Shown: piece by piece, positions 20,243 through 30,849 of the stretch | Position numbering within the stretch: position 1 is the first letter of the stretch | Layout: every line of letters begins with the position of its first letter | Source of the DNA: a virus | Direction: 5' to 3' (one strand) | IMG/VR virus record: IMGVR_UViG_3300002052_000634 | Span: 1 to 64,000 of that record | DNA length: 64,000 nucleotides | Made by a program: the position numbers and the translations under genes | Notes under the pieces: generated by a model | Told to the model about the DNA's origin: nothing | The model's input: the letters and a program-made list of their open reading frames with translations, nothing else | The model's database searches: none

Positions 20243-21883
20243 TTATCTCCATGCCACTGATGTACCATGTATTTTACAGTTTTTGCTGTTATGGGTAGTA
20301 ATTTTATAAACTATATTAGTGCCACTTCCAATTCCAGATTGAGCTAAATCTACTTCTCCATATAATATTTTAATACTTGCTCCATAATCTCCCACATCTG
20401 TTAAAGTTATTTGTGCAAATGTACTTCCATCATCTTTAGATAACCAAGCTTTTAAATCAGTATTGAGAGTTATACTACTGACTTCTTCCATAAGAATTAC
20501 AATTCTTGCTTCATCAGGCTCAGATTCTGCTACTTGATTTTCTGAAATTAAAGTATAACCCGATGGGTTAGCATAAGCATATAATTCATCTATATAAATA
20601 GTATTGGCAGAATCTGCATTTATTATTTCAAAAGCTATTCCTTCAATATCCTCTTTTTCTGCACTATCATAAGAGCTAATATCAATTTCTTTAGTTTCCC
20701 AAGTATTAGCAGAATATATTTCTATATTGGACGCAAAATAAGCATTAGGAATAAATGAAGAAGTATAACGAGCAGTGTTGGAAATTCTAACTCCATCAAA
20801 ATAAATATCATAAGAACCATTTTGTCCAGCACCTAAATATATATCATCACTATAACTATGATTTTGAGTATCGCTTGCAATAGTAGAACCCTCTTGTTTT
20901 CCATTTACCCACATTTTAATTTGCCCACTATTTCTTACAATTGCAATATGAGACCACTGGTCTAGAGGAACAGATTGATTACTAGCATCGGTAATATTAT
21001 TACCTTCAGATACCCCATACCAATTTATTTTTTCATTTGCTGAACTATAATTCAAACACCATTTTCTAGTAGTATAATTAGAATTATAAGCTGTATTTCT
21101 TCCAAAAAAGAAAGAACTTCCACTAGCCCCTGTAATTGGACGTATCCAACATTCAATAGTAAAATCTCCAGTCCCAAAATCCCAATCAGCATGGTCGGGA
21201 ATATTCACATAATCGGCACTGTCATCTGTTTCTAAACAAGTAGTTCCAAACTTATTCTGGTCTTCTTCTATATGAGCAGAACCGTTAAAACTAGGAGTAT
21301 GTCCAGAATCACTTTCGTCAGTTGTGGAAGTATCGCCATCTGTTCCATTGAAATTTAACAAAAGTTTAGTATTAGAATCAGGTTCAAATTCTTTTATAAA
21401 ATGTATTTTAAAATTAGTTCCAATTCTAGTAGCTCTAGCTTGAAATTTTATAGTATCCCTATTAGTTAAATCTATAGCAGAAAAATCTTTCGTTAAACTA
21501 TCATTTAGAGAATCTGTTTGGGTAGCTACCATCTTTAAAGAATAAGAACCTTGTTGCTTTATAGTGTCCTCAGAATAAGACTGAAAATTTGTACTATCAT
21601 TTGCTACATAAGCGGTTTGTGCATCTCCATCTGTTGCATATTCCATATTATCAATAGTTGTAGTATCTCCTTCTCCCATAGAATAATAATCATCTATAGC
21701 GTCATATTGTATATTTATACTATTTCCACTATCTATCCCAGTTTCGTCTTCATATTCATCCACAAACATATCTACCATATCTTGAAGAGATATATTATCG
21801 CCTACAGCTATCCTAAAAGCATTGACAGCTATATTCATTATTAAATTGTTATAATCATTTCCTTCAAGTTTTCCAAATTCCAT
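20243..21883 (-). CDS. LamG/concanavalin-A-like lectin domain virion protein
   Basis: TKLLLNFNG, FGTGDFTIECWIRP, WSHIAIVR, FDGVRISNTARY. Confidence 0.85.
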   Translation of the reverse strand: MEFGKLEGNDYNNLIMNIAVNAFRIAVGDNISLQDMVDMFVDEYEDETGIDSGNSINIQYDAIDDYYSMGEGDTTTIDNMEYATDGDAQTAYVANDSTNFQSYSEDTIKQQGSYSLKMVATQTDSLNDSLTKDFSAIDLTNRDTIKFQARATRIGTNFKIHFIKEFEPDSNTKLLLNFNGTDGDTSTTDESDSGHTPSFNGSAHIEEDQNKFGTTCLETDDSADYVNIPDHADWDFGTGDFTIECWIRPITGASGSSFFFGRNTAYNSNYTTRKWCLNYSSANEKINWYGVSEGNNITDASNQSVPLDQWSHIAIVRNSGQIKMWVNGKQEGSTIASDTQNHSYSDDIYLGAGQNGSYDIYFDGVRISNTARYTSSFIPNAYFASNIEIYSANTWETKEIDISSYDSAEKEDIEGIAFEIINADSANTIYIDELYAYANPSGYTLISENQVAESEPDEARIVILMEEVSSITLNTDLKAWLSKDDGSTFAQITLTDVGDYGASIKILYGEVDLAQSGIGSGTNIVYKITTHNSKNCKIHGTSVAWR

Positions 21884-21895
21884 TTATATACTCCT

Positions 21896-24799
21896 TTATG
21901 CAACTACTATTACATGCCATGTACCAGAAATAGTTCCAAATCCAGATAAATCTATTTCCAAAGAGTTTGTTGTTTTTAATTCTATATCATCTGGTATTAT
22001 CATTTTTTCATTATTATTATAAATTTGAACAAATACATATTGTTGACTTAAATTATGAGTTACAGTTAAAATACCGCTTGATAAATCTCCATTATTGAAA
22101 CTGGTTCTATATGAATTAGCACTTCCAGAAACAGCTATAGTTATCTTCTTTGGCATTGTTCCAGAGTTAGTTGTTATATCAATTCCACTACCAGCTTCAA
22201 ATTCTAAACTTTCTACTCCATCAGGTATTAAAGTGCTCTGCCCATCTACTACTAAATTTTTCCAGTGACTTCCTATTGATATTTTTGCTATCCCACCACT
22301 TAGTTCTGTTAAAACTAATCCAGAATCTTGGTCTATTTGAATTTCAGATACATTATTTATAGTGGGATTCCCATCAACTTCTTTTACAGTTAAAGAACCT
22401 CCGCTACCAATATCAAGAAATGTAGAACCATCGTTAGAATATCTCCATTTATTTAAAGCAGAATCATATTTTATTTTAGGTTCATTAACATCTCCATTAT
22501 CTACGGTTATAGTTTTATCTGTATCAGTTCCATCTCCAATTGCAAAGTCATCACTATCAGTTCCCACATCGGTATTTTGACTGTGTTTCTTTGTGACCGC
22601 ATCAGATACATCACTGACTGCTAACCCTGAGTCATCAGGAAGACCATTAGCATCCGCATTAATTAAATTATTTTCTGTTATACTTGAAGTATGGTCTGCA
22701 CTAGAATCTATAGCGTGTTGTCTTGTATGTTTTTTTGTTACTGCATCTGCTAAATCTACTTCTATTTGTGTATAAGTATCTAATAATGCCTTATTTGAAT
22801 GTATATGACTATCATCCACAGCCCCTTTAATTTCTGAAGCTGTTGCCGAATTTCCTACTCCATCATCTATAGATTCCGCTTTATCTACTATTCCATCTTC
22901 ATCTGTATCATATGTACTTTTAAGCATATCTCCAGAACCTGTACCTGCTTCTATATCATTCCATGTACTTCCATCATTAGAAATCTGCCAAGTATCTGTA
23001 TCTTTGTTGTATCGAATTCCTGGTTGAGTGCCAGACTGCCCTATATTTGCTTCTATTAATTTATGAGCACCTTCTGTACCGTTTCCTATGGAAAAGGTGT
23101 CTTGATTTGTTCCTGTGTCAGTATTCTGTGCATGTTTTTTAATGACAGCATCTGAAACATCTGCAACTGCTAATCCACTATCATTAGGCAATCCATTAGC
23201 ATCAGCGTCTATTAAATTGTTCTGTGTGATACTAGAGGTATGGTCTGAAGTAGAATCTATAGCATGTTGCCTATCGTGTTTTTTATCTACTGCATCACTC
23301 AAGTCTGCGTTTGTCTGGTCGTAGATATCCAGAAGAGCTTTATTTGAGTGCGTATGGCTATCATCTACTGCTCCTCTAATTTCAGAGGCTGTTGACCTAT
23401 TGACTTCTCCACTAGTACCATCATCTACCGCTTCTGCATAATCTACTATCCCATTATCATTTGTATCATATGTAGACTTAAACATATCTCCAAATCCTCC
23501 ACCCACTAGAGCATCATCTACATATTTTTTCGTTGCAGGTTCATAATCAGCATCTGGTGTAAAGGGAGTTATATTATCAAGTGCTAAATATTCTGTATCA
23601 TGATTATGCCCTGAAAGAGCATAATCAGAATGTTTATGTCCAGAATCTTTTATATTTCCTACATTGTCTATAGAAACGAAATTATCTTCAACTCCCTCAC
23701 TAATTTTATCAGCTTTTCCAGAAATAGTAGTATCTAATGCAGTTCTTAATTCAGAAGCAGAGGTCTCATTTGCTCCTCCAGAATCTAAAGAAGTGTCTGT
23801 ATTCTGCGAATGTTTTTTATCTACTGCATCTTTAACATCTCCAGCAGATACTTGGTCAACTGTTCCAAAAGCTAAATAAGTATCTTTATTTTGTTCATGG
23901 ATATTAGTATGATTATAAGTATCAGTATGGTCTGAATTTAATATTTCTTTACTATCAGTTCCATCAAAATGATATAATTTACTATCATTACTATCTATCC
24001 AGATACCCTCTTGACCAGAACCCATTGGATTAATTGCTTGGGAATTTAATACTATTCCTGTCGGGTCTATTAACCCATCTACAGTTAATTTACCAGCAAA
24101 ATATCCATCTTTAAATTTTTTAGAAGAACTTCCTAAGTCTATATCATTATCAGTTGTGGGTAATATAACCCCATCTTCTATTATAAATTGTTCAGCACCT
24201 GCTATATCAAATCTAATTTTATCTTCATCAGCAGATTCTTCCACTTGAATTTTTGTATCGTTATCAGCATCTTTAAGTTCGTCTCCACCTGGCACGTCTT
24301 GAGCTTTCCATTTACTACTTCCAGAATCATATATTAAAGCTTGACCATCAGTAGGAGTACCACTATCAAAATCCACATCTCCTAAATCTTCAATATTAGA
24401 AACTGAACTTCCACCAGAATTTACTCTAATATGCCAAGTACCAGAAATGGGAGCAAATGAAGATAAATCTATTTCTATTTGGTTAGCTGTTTTATATTCT
24501 ATTTCATCTGGTTCAATTACTAAATTATTATTATCATATATAATTACTAAAGGATATGTAGAATTTAAATTATGATTAACAATTAATATTCCTGCACTAG
24601 AAAGGTCATTATTATCAAAAGAAGTAGTGTATCCTTCAGAACCTGCTCCTCCAGCCGATTGTGCTACCCATGTAAATTTCCCTGTTGCTTGGTCATATGA
24701 AGGGATATAAGTATCAGTTAAACCATTTGTAGCGTCTAAATCATCTGGTCTTACTGAAGCTATTTGAGAATAACGAATACGAGTATTTCTTTCAGTCAT
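21896..24799 (-). CDS. Fibre protein with internal repeats
   Basis: 967 aa; 186-aa tandem duplication; HxH fibre motifs; PATKKYVD. Confidence 0.75.
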   Translation of the reverse strand: MTERNTRIRYSQIASVRPDDLDATNGLTDTYIPSYDQATGKFTWVAQSAGGAGSEGYTTSFDNNDLSSAGILIVNHNLNSTYPLVIIYDNNNLVIEPDEIEYKTANQIEIDLSSFAPISGTWHIRVNSGGSSVSNIEDLGDVDFDSGTPTDGQALIYDSGSSKWKAQDVPGGDELKDADNDTKIQVEESADEDKIRFDIAGAEQFIIEDGVILPTTDNDIDLGSSSKKFKDGYFAGKLTVDGLIDPTGIVLNSQAINPMGSGQEGIWIDSNDSKLYHFDGTDSKEILNSDHTDTYNHTNIHEQNKDTYLAFGTVDQVSAGDVKDAVDKKHSQNTDTSLDSGGANETSASELRTALDTTISGKADKISEGVEDNFVSIDNVGNIKDSGHKHSDYALSGHNHDTEYLALDNITPFTPDADYEPATKKYVDDALVGGGFGDMFKSTYDTNDNGIVDYAEAVDDGTSGEVNRSTASEIRGAVDDSHTHSNKALLDIYDQTNADLSDAVDKKHDRQHAIDSTSDHTSSITQNNLIDADANGLPNDSGLAVADVSDAVIKKHAQNTDTGTNQDTFSIGNGTEGAHKLIEANIGQSGTQPGIRYNKDTDTWQISNDGSTWNDIEAGTGSGDMLKSTYDTDEDGIVDKAESIDDGVGNSATASEIKGAVDDSHIHSNKALLDTYTQIEVDLADAVTKKHTRQHAIDSSADHTSSITENNLINADANGLPDDSGLAVSDVSDAVTKKHSQNTDVGTDSDDFAIGDGTDTDKTITVDNGDVNEPKIKYDSALNKWRYSNDGSTFLDIGSGGSLTVKEVDGNPTINNVSEIQIDQDSGLVLTELSGGIAKISIGSHWKNLVVDGQSTLIPDGVESLEFEAGSGIDITTNSGTMPKKITIAVSGSANSYRTSFNNGDLSSGILTVTHNLSQQYVFVQIYNNNEKMIIPDDIELKTTNSLEIDLSGFGTISGTWHVIVVA

Positions 24800-24815
24800 T
24801 GATTTATCCTTACAT

Positions 24816-25073
24816 TTATTCTATATTTTCTAAATCATTTTCATTTAAATCATTTATATTATCTTTAAAATCTGACTCTTGAGGATTTTCTTTTTTCCAT
24901 TTTTTTATTCCAATATTTTCTATTGATAAACCATTATTATTTGCACATCTATCTTTAGAAAAAGGATTTAATAATTTCTCGCTTTCATCATATACGAACC
25001 TGTACCTAACATAACTTAATATAGTACCATCTAATATTTTATAAAATATAATATAATAATTTTCTGTAGTCAT
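24816..25073 (-). CDS. Hypothetical protein, possibly fibre-associated
   Basis: 85-aa ORF between fibre genes. Confidence 0.45.
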   Translation of the reverse strand: MTTENYYIIFYKILDGTILSYVRYRFVYDESEKLLNPFSKDRCANNNGLSIENIGIKKWKKENPQESDFKDNINDLNENDLENIE

Positions 25074-25085
25074 TTATATTTCCTT

Positions 25086-26156
25086 TTATTCATGAGCTTT
25101 TATATGAAATTTAGCTTTGAAACCATATATTCTTATATCTGTTAAAGTACTGTCTGTAATTGTTTTAATTCTTAACCAATGAGGAGCGTCATGCAATTCA
25201 GTCGAATTATCAATTAAATTATGATTAGAATCTATATTATAAGAATCGTCTCCTATATTATCAGTATGAGTAACTTCTGTACTATCTCCACTAGCTAAAT
25301 CACTGTAATATAAATAAATATAATCAATATAATCCCCACTATTATTTGTATTAGAATCATCATCTCTAATTCCATAGTATACAATTAATTCATCTAAAAC
25401 GACAGTTTTTCCTTTTATTTTAGTAGGTAAAGGACATGGAATCCATATAACCGCATTGGTAAATGATGGAGTTAAATACCATCCAGTTATATTATGATTT
25501 GCGTTAATAGCTTCATCAGGAGCAATCCAAATTGTTTGCTGTCTATATAGATAATCTTTAGGATGAACAGAATATCCAAAAGGCATAGCTCCTGCAACTA
25601 AAGTAATAGCATCATAATATACCGTAGAAGTAATATCTGCTTTTAACCTTATATCAAGAACTGTTGCAGATTCGCTTATAGTCTTTGTTACTGTCAATAA
25701 TTCCCAATCTCCTCCTCCAGTATGATAAGAAGAATTAGAATTAGAAACTCCATCTCCTATTAATATTCTAGCAGAATTTGCTGTTGAAGTTTTTACCCAT
25801 GCAGATAGAGTAATTGATTTTCCTTTATAAGGAGCAAACCAATTAGAAATATTATAATTAGCATTACGTAAATACATTTGAGCAGTGGCTGTGAGTTTAG
25901 CTGAATATGATTCTATTTTAACTTCTGTAGACTCTTTATCTATAGAACCATTTACTAATAACCATCCATCAGGAGCTACCGAGTTTCCAGAATACCAATA
26001 TTCAAAATTTCCATTAAAAAGTAAATTACTCGGATTAATATCCTTACTTAATGCTTCATTTGATAAAGTCAGATTTGTAATATTTCCAATTAGAAATTTA
26101 ATCAAATTTCCTTTGGACTTTAAATTACCTAATATATTACTATTTCCTTTACGCAT
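25086..26156 (-). CDS. Carbohydrate-binding (galactose-binding-like) domain protein
   Basis: NLLFNGNFE..PDGW, ITLSAWVK, WELLTVT, YYDAITL. Confidence 0.7.
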   Translation of the reverse strand: MRKGNSNILGNLKSKGNLIKFLIGNITNLTLSNEALSKDINPSNLLFNGNFEYWYSGNSVAPDGWLLVNGSIDKESTEVKIESYSAKLTATAQMYLRNANYNISNWFAPYKGKSITLSAWVKTSTANSARILIGDGVSNSNSSYHTGGGDWELLTVTKTISESATVLDIRLKADITSTVYYDAITLVAGAMPFGYSVHPKDYLYRQQTIWIAPDEAINANHNITGWYLTPSFTNAVIWIPCPLPTKIKGKTVVLDELIVYYGIRDDDSNTNNSGDYIDYIYLYYSDLASGDSTEVTHTDNIGDDSYNIDSNHNLIDNSTELHDAPHWLRIKTITDSTLTDIRIYGFKAKFHIKAHE

Positions 26157-26167
26157 ATTAATCCTTT

Positions 26168-26347
26168 TTATATAGCTCTAATATTAAATCGAAGGATATA
26201 ATTCTTTCCGCAATGTTTACACTGTAAATTATATTTATCTATTGAATTTATAAAGTCGTTGTTTACCTTCTTTTTCAGAGGCATAATATAGAAATTTTTC
26301 CCATTGCACATTTTGCACTTAAAATCAATTGTTGCTTTTATCGCCAT
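26168..26347 (-). CDS. 59-aa zinc-ribbon protein (not in ORF track)
   Basis: MAIKATIDFKCKMC..QCKHCGKNY. Confidence 0.5.
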   Translation of the reverse strand: MAIKATIDFKCKMCNGKNFYIMPLKKKVNNDFINSIDKYNLQCKHCGKNYILRFNIRAI

Positions 26348-26645
26348 TTAATTCTTCCTTTTTAGTTGAGGCATTTAAAATTCCCTGTATAGTAATAATA
26401 GCCCCTTCTAATTTTAAAACTTGCTCTTTAAGAAGGTCTATTTTGTTTCTATGAATTTCTATAGCCTGCAATCCTTTTGCTCTTTCTGCTACCGCAAATT
26501 TTAATTTAGTTTGTAATAAATCTCGTAATAAAATATTATCGTCTTCTCTAATTTTATCCATTTTTGCTAAAGTTTTTTCCATTTTATCCTTCTTATTTTT
26601 AGGAAGTCTATTAACATTTACTCCTTTTAATTTACGTTTTGTCAT
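26325..26645 (-). CDS. Coiled-coil hypothetical protein
   Basis: 106-aa ORF. Confidence 0.5.
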   Translation of the reverse strand: MTKRKLKGVNVNRLPKNKKDKMEKTLAKMDKIREDDNILLRDLLQTKLKFAVAERAKGLQAIEIHRNKIDLLKEQVLKLEGAIITIQGILNASTKKEELNGDKSNN

Positions 26646-26697
26646 CTTATTTTCCTTTGATTCAAGTTTTAGCTTATATGTATTTAGGTTTATTTAA

Positions 26698-27555
26698 TTA
26701 ATCGTTAAGAATATAATGAGCAATTATAATATCTCCGCTTTCAGGTTCGGTAGTAAACTGTATCGTGCTACCAGTAAGAGTATAATCTTTTCCAGACCCT
26801 TCTTCTTGCAATAAACCGTTTAAGAAAAGCTGAAGAGAATTTGCAATAGGAGTATTAGCTAATGTATGTTCACCAGAATATCCTGAAGCATCTACATCAG
26901 CAGAAAGATTTTCCATCTTTATATCGCCTTCAACTATATTATCAGCTATAGTATCTACAGACAATACGCCATCAGTAGCAGTAAGTCCAGTACCAGCTAT
27001 AGCAGAAACTATATCTGCAAATTTTTCTTTCTTAGTATCGCCATTATCAGAAGCATCTAAAAGAGCAATATAATCATTAGCAACATCTATAGCTACTTCT
27101 CCGACTTCATCTAAATCGACAGCAAGAACACCAGCCGAAGCCACTAAACCAACACCTGCTAAACCACTAGCAACATCATCATTCAACATAGCATCTGTAA
27201 CCTTAGTAGCTCCTATAGCAGTTACACCAGCGTTAGTGATTGTTATATCACCACTTACTGCAACCGAATTTATATCAGTGCCATCACCTATAAGAATATA
27301 TCCGTCAGTTTTAGCATCCAAATCAGTAGGAGCATCAGACGCTCCACCAACTTTAACACTACCTCTAGATATATTCGCTAATTTATCATTAGTAACACCA
27401 TCATCTTTTACTCTTAAAGCATCGGAATTAATTTCTATCGTGCTATCATCAACTTGAACATCCATGATGTCGCCATCAGCACCATTACGTGCCAAGCCAG
27501 CACCAAAGAAAGCATCTCTAATCTGCAATCCACGAATACTTGTATTTAACGCCAT
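26698..27555 (-). CDS. Head fibre/decoration-like protein
   Basis: Gly/Ala/Asp fibre repeats (AGVGL, AGTGL); C-terminal FLNGLLQEEG..DYTL domain; strong RBS. Confidence 0.6.
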   Translation of the reverse strand: MALNTSIRGLQIRDAFFGAGLARNGADGDIMDVQVDDSTIEINSDALRVKDDGVTNDKLANISRGSVKVGGASDAPTDLDAKTDGYILIGDGTDINSVAVSGDITITNAGVTAIGATKVTDAMLNDDVASGLAGVGLVASAGVLAVDLDEVGEVAIDVANDYIALLDASDNGDTKKEKFADIVSAIAGTGLTATDGVLSVDTIADNIVEGDIKMENLSADVDASGYSGEHTLANTPIANSLQLFLNGLLQEEGSGKDYTLTGSTIQFTTEPESGDIIIAHYILND

Positions 27556-27689
27556 AAATTTTTATTCCTCCTTTTTACTCGAATTTTCAAGTTCAGGAGT
27601 CATTTTAATTGTCAGCCCTACAAGGCATTTTCTCGCATTTGACCCTGCGAGACATATAAGCTAATCATTTCAATAACATACGTGTCATT

Positions 27690-27962
27690 TTATATTTTAT
27701 TTAGGTATCCACTCCCACCGCATTCGCAATCGGAGTAGCCTTGTCTCATTTTACATTTTTTAGGACATTTTATTATAGTTTTTTCATCGTATAATTGTTT
27801 AAATATCTTAGTTAGTCCTTTATAAGAGTAGTCAAAAACTTGTTTTTTAAAATATTTATAATCGTCAGATTTCTTGCCAAGTTTAAATTCCCCTAAATCT
27901 AATATTCGTTTAGTTACATCTAAAAATTCTAGAAAAATAATCTTGGCAATTTGTATTTTCAT
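27690..27962 (-). CDS. Hypothetical protein with C-terminal Zn site
   Basis: CPKKC..CECGGSG. Confidence 0.5.
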   Translation of the reverse strand: MKIQIAKIIFLEFLDVTKRILDLGEFKLGKKSDDYKYFKKQVFDYSYKGLTKIFKQLYDEKTIIKCPKKCKMRQGYSDCECGGSGYLNKI

Positions 27963-27972
27963 CTTTGACTCC

Positions 27973-28317
27973 TTATAGTTTTATATAATTTATTTCAATG
28001 TAGTCTGATACAACAGTATCTATTGGAAGAGAAAAATCTGTAGTTGAATGTATAGTTATATTTTTTTCTTTAATGCCATTTAAAAATACTTGCAAAGAAG
28101 TTTCGACATATTCATTATCTGCTCTAAATTTCTTAGAAGTTAATTTTGTTGGAACTTCATTAAAAATAAAATTATCTTTTACAGTTTGAACTACCCATGC
28201 TCTATTTTTAGCTATTTCTACTGTATTAAAATTTACAGTGATTATTCCTTCTTCTATGAATTCTACTTCTATTATTTCCGACTCTGTTATAGTCGCTTCT
28301 AAATATTCTTGTATCAT
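27973..28317 (-). CDS. Virion accessory protein
   Basis: SLQVFLNGIK domain similar to the C-terminus of 26698..27555. Confidence 0.5.
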   Translation of the reverse strand: MIQEYLEATITESEIIEVEFIEEGIITVNFNTVEIAKNRAWVVQTVKDNFIFNEVPTKLTSKKFRADNEYVETSLQVFLNGIKEKNITIHSTTDFSLPIDTVVSDYIEINYIKL

Positions 28318-28318
28318 G

Positions 28319-28681
28319 TTAATCTCTTAATTTACGTACAATGTCTTCAAATTCAATTCTACCATATAAAAGCACTCCTTCATTATCTTCATCGTCTTTA
28401 TAATCCACAGAAAAATAATAAGTACCTACTAAATCAGTTTCGGACGCTGTAAATTCTATTAAAGATTCTCCATTGGTAGCATCACTATGAGCAGTTATTT
28501 TTTTGTCAATTATAGCTTGATTATCGTTATCATTCATTGAGGTCTTCAAAGTAAAATAAATTGTCCATCCTGTTATATCTTCTGCTATTCCATCTTTCTT
28601 AACTTTAATTTTATATGGTTGGGTACTTCTACGATGCCTTCTTATATCTTTCCACTTAGGGTCTGTTCTGAATTTTGGCAT
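28319..28681 (-). CDS. BppU-N-like beta-sandwich protein
   Basis: DITGWTIYFTLK..DATNG..FTASET..GTYYFSV pattern. Confidence 0.55.
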   Translation of the reverse strand: MPKFRTDPKWKDIRRHRRSTQPYKIKVKKDGIAEDITGWTIYFTLKTSMNDNDNQAIIDKKITAHSDATNGESLIEFTASETDLVGTYYFSVDYKDDEDNEGVLLYGRIEFEDIVRKLRD

Positions 28682-28691
28682 ATCTTTCTCC

Positions 28692-29273
28692 TTAATCTTC
28701 CGTATAAGTTATAATTTCTGATACTCCAAGTCCCATCTGAAATCTTGATACTATTTTTTCTATACGCTCTTCTTTAGGCATTGTTTTAGGGTATCTAACA
28801 GTAATATTAGGAAGTCTATATTCTGAATAGTTGGGTCTAATTAATATGCTGGCTATAATAGATATTAAGTCCTCTGTTTTATTATCTGGATTTGGACGAA
28901 TATTATCATCATCTTCATCTACTTCATAATCATCTTCTCCATATGAAAAAAGACTCATCCAAGTTATAGCTCCAATTATATATTTTGTTAATTCAGTATC
29001 GGAATATTTATTAAAAGTATAATCTACCTCTATTTTATCGCCTGATGATAAGCTATTACCAGAAGACAGATTAATAGTAATTTTATTAGTGGTAGAATCA
29101 TAAGAATATTCTCCTGAAGTTAGTTCTGTTCCATTCCATAAAACGGAATCTATAGCGGTAATATTAGATTCTGCAAGAGTAAAAATATTAGATTGTTCAT
29201 ATTCTTGTATTTCGAAATCTGTTTCTCCAAAATCTTCTACCAAAGCTCTAACCTTTGTGCGTATCGTGTCCAT
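28692..29273 (-). CDS. Head-tail adaptor protein
   Basis: IRTKVRALVED..YSDTEL pattern; downstream of capsid. Confidence 0.55.
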   Translation of the reverse strand: MDTIRTKVRALVEDFGETDFEIQEYEQSNIFTLAESNITAIDSVLWNGTELTSGEYSYDSTTNKITINLSSGNSLSSGDKIEVDYTFNKYSDTELTKYIIGAITWMSLFSYGEDDYEVDEDDDNIRPNPDNKTEDLISIIASILIRPNYSEYRLPNITVRYPKTMPKEERIEKIVSRFQMGLGVSEIITYTED

Positions 29274-29709
29274 TATTATCTCCTCTATACTTTTTTACAA
29301 AAAGCATTTCTTTGCCTCTATTACCTTTAAATATAAAATAATTTCGCTTTAATATTTCAATTATTGGATTTGTCTTTTTTATTTTTATGTATAAATCCTC
29401 TTTTACGTTCCACAATAAAACCTTTAACAATCTATTTGCAGAATCGTTATCTTCCGCTAATATTTTTAAATATTTTCTAGGAGATTTGTCTGACCATCCA
29501 GTTATAAAAGCTATTCCTTTTCCTTCCTCAAAAACAATTTTATCTCCTCTTTGTAAAGCTTCAAATAATAAATGTTCGTTTTCTTTAATAAAAAGTCTAA
29601 AATTAGATTTAGTGATATAAAAATCCCTATATTCATCTGTAAGTTCATCTAAAATAGATTTTACCACTTTACATTGTTTTTTGGAAATTTGAGTTCCAAA
29701 TTGAATCAT
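29248..29709 (-). CDS. Hypothetical protein
   Basis: 153-aa ORF. Confidence 0.5.
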   Translation of the reverse strand: MIQFGTQISKKQCKVVKSILDELTDEYRDFYITKSNFRLFIKENEHLLFEALQRGDKIVFEEGKGIAFITGWSDKSPRKYLKILAEDNDSANRLLKVLLWNVKEDLYIKIKKTNPIIEILKRNYFIFKGNRGKEMLFVKKYRGDNNGHDTHKG

Positions 29710-29738
29710 TGGTTTTCCTTTATTTTTATTTTATTGGA

Positions 29739-29776
29739 TTAGGGAGAGCTATCGACCTAGTCAACGCCCTCCCTAA
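29739..29776 (-). terminator. Hairpin after the capsid gene
   Basis: TTAGGGAG..CTCCCTAA stem immediately after the stop codon. Confidence 0.45.
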
Positions 29777-29786
29777 TTTATCTATG

Positions 29787-30752
29787 TTAAAGTATCGAAG
29801 TAGCGTCACACTTAACAATCATCTTCGGATTAGGAATAGCAAAAATCACGCTCTCATAACCAACAACCGAGAACCCTAACACGTTGGCTGATGTACCACT
29901 GAAGTCTACGACTTCAGGAGTCTGACCAACCATGAGTGCTCTCTGAGCCTGGTCAACATCTGCACCCATCAATCTTGCGATTTCAGGGGAGATTTTCCTT
30001 CTCACGAACCATATCGGCTTACCTTCAGCTACTCTAGAATTCCTCGCTAACAAAATCATATGCTTAGTGTTAAGGAGAACTGCTTCTCCACCACCATCTG
30101 TACTCTCAACTTTACCAAATATCTTCATCGGCGTTATGCCAAGCTCTTTAAGCTTTGCTATAAGCGTAACGTTATAATTAAAAGTACCAGCATTATCTTT
30201 ATCATACATATCAATGGCTTCTTTCACAGCAGAACCACAAAGAAGTACATAATCATCACCATAATCCTCAACCAAATGCTTCATAGCCATAATAGCATCA
30301 TAAAGGTCATCACCAGAAGCTATAGTATATTCCTGAACATTAGCATTACCTGGAGTATTAGTATCAGCTTCCAGACCATCCAGCACGAGTTTCAACTCTC
30401 TCTTATCCATACCACGTGTAATAGCTTCTTTCTTCCGACCAAGCACTTTAGTATCTGGACTAGAAAGTACCGCATCAACAAGTACATATTCCTTCTTCGA
30501 ATTAAGACCCTGGAAAGATATTTCAGTATCTCCCAACGGACTTCTCTTTACCTGCACCAATTTTCCATCTGTAGTATCCACGACTAAGATTGTATCCAAA
30601 TCTGAATCAACATTAGTGTATCTCCACAGCTTTTCGCCTGGCTCAACAGTATCTAGGTTACAAATCTCACGAAGCTCAACAGGAACTGGTAACTGATAGT
30701 TAATAGGCTCGCCTATCAACTTCGAAATTTCCAAATCAACTCTACGTTCCAT
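29787..30752 (-). CDS. Major capsid protein
   Basis: 321 aa directly after protease/scaffold; higher GC, GAGG RBS, downstream hairpin; call mainly from gene order. Confidence 0.75.
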   Translation of the reverse strand: MERRVDLEISKLIGEPINYQLPVPVELREICNLDTVEPGEKLWRYTNVDSDLDTILVVDTTDGKLVQVKRSPLGDTEISFQGLNSKKEYVLVDAVLSSPDTKVLGRKKEAITRGMDKRELKLVLDGLEADTNTPGNANVQEYTIASGDDLYDAIMAMKHLVEDYGDDYVLLCGSAVKEAIDMYDKDNAGTFNYNVTLIAKLKELGITPMKIFGKVESTDGGGEAVLLNTKHMILLARNSRVAEGKPIWFVRRKISPEIARLMGADVDQAQRALMVGQTPEVVDFSGTSANVLGFSVVGYESVIFAIPNPKMIVKCDATSIL

Positions 30753-30849
30753 TGTATTTACCTCTCTATAATTTTTTTGAACAAATTTACACTATTATAA
30801 TATCTTTTCGTGTCGGCATTATCTTTGCCATATATTAATTTATCTTTTT

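Noticed and set aside
29248-29709. Possible GNAT-like fold in the gene after the capsid
   Set aside because: Only a vague secondary-structure impression; no diagnostic motif
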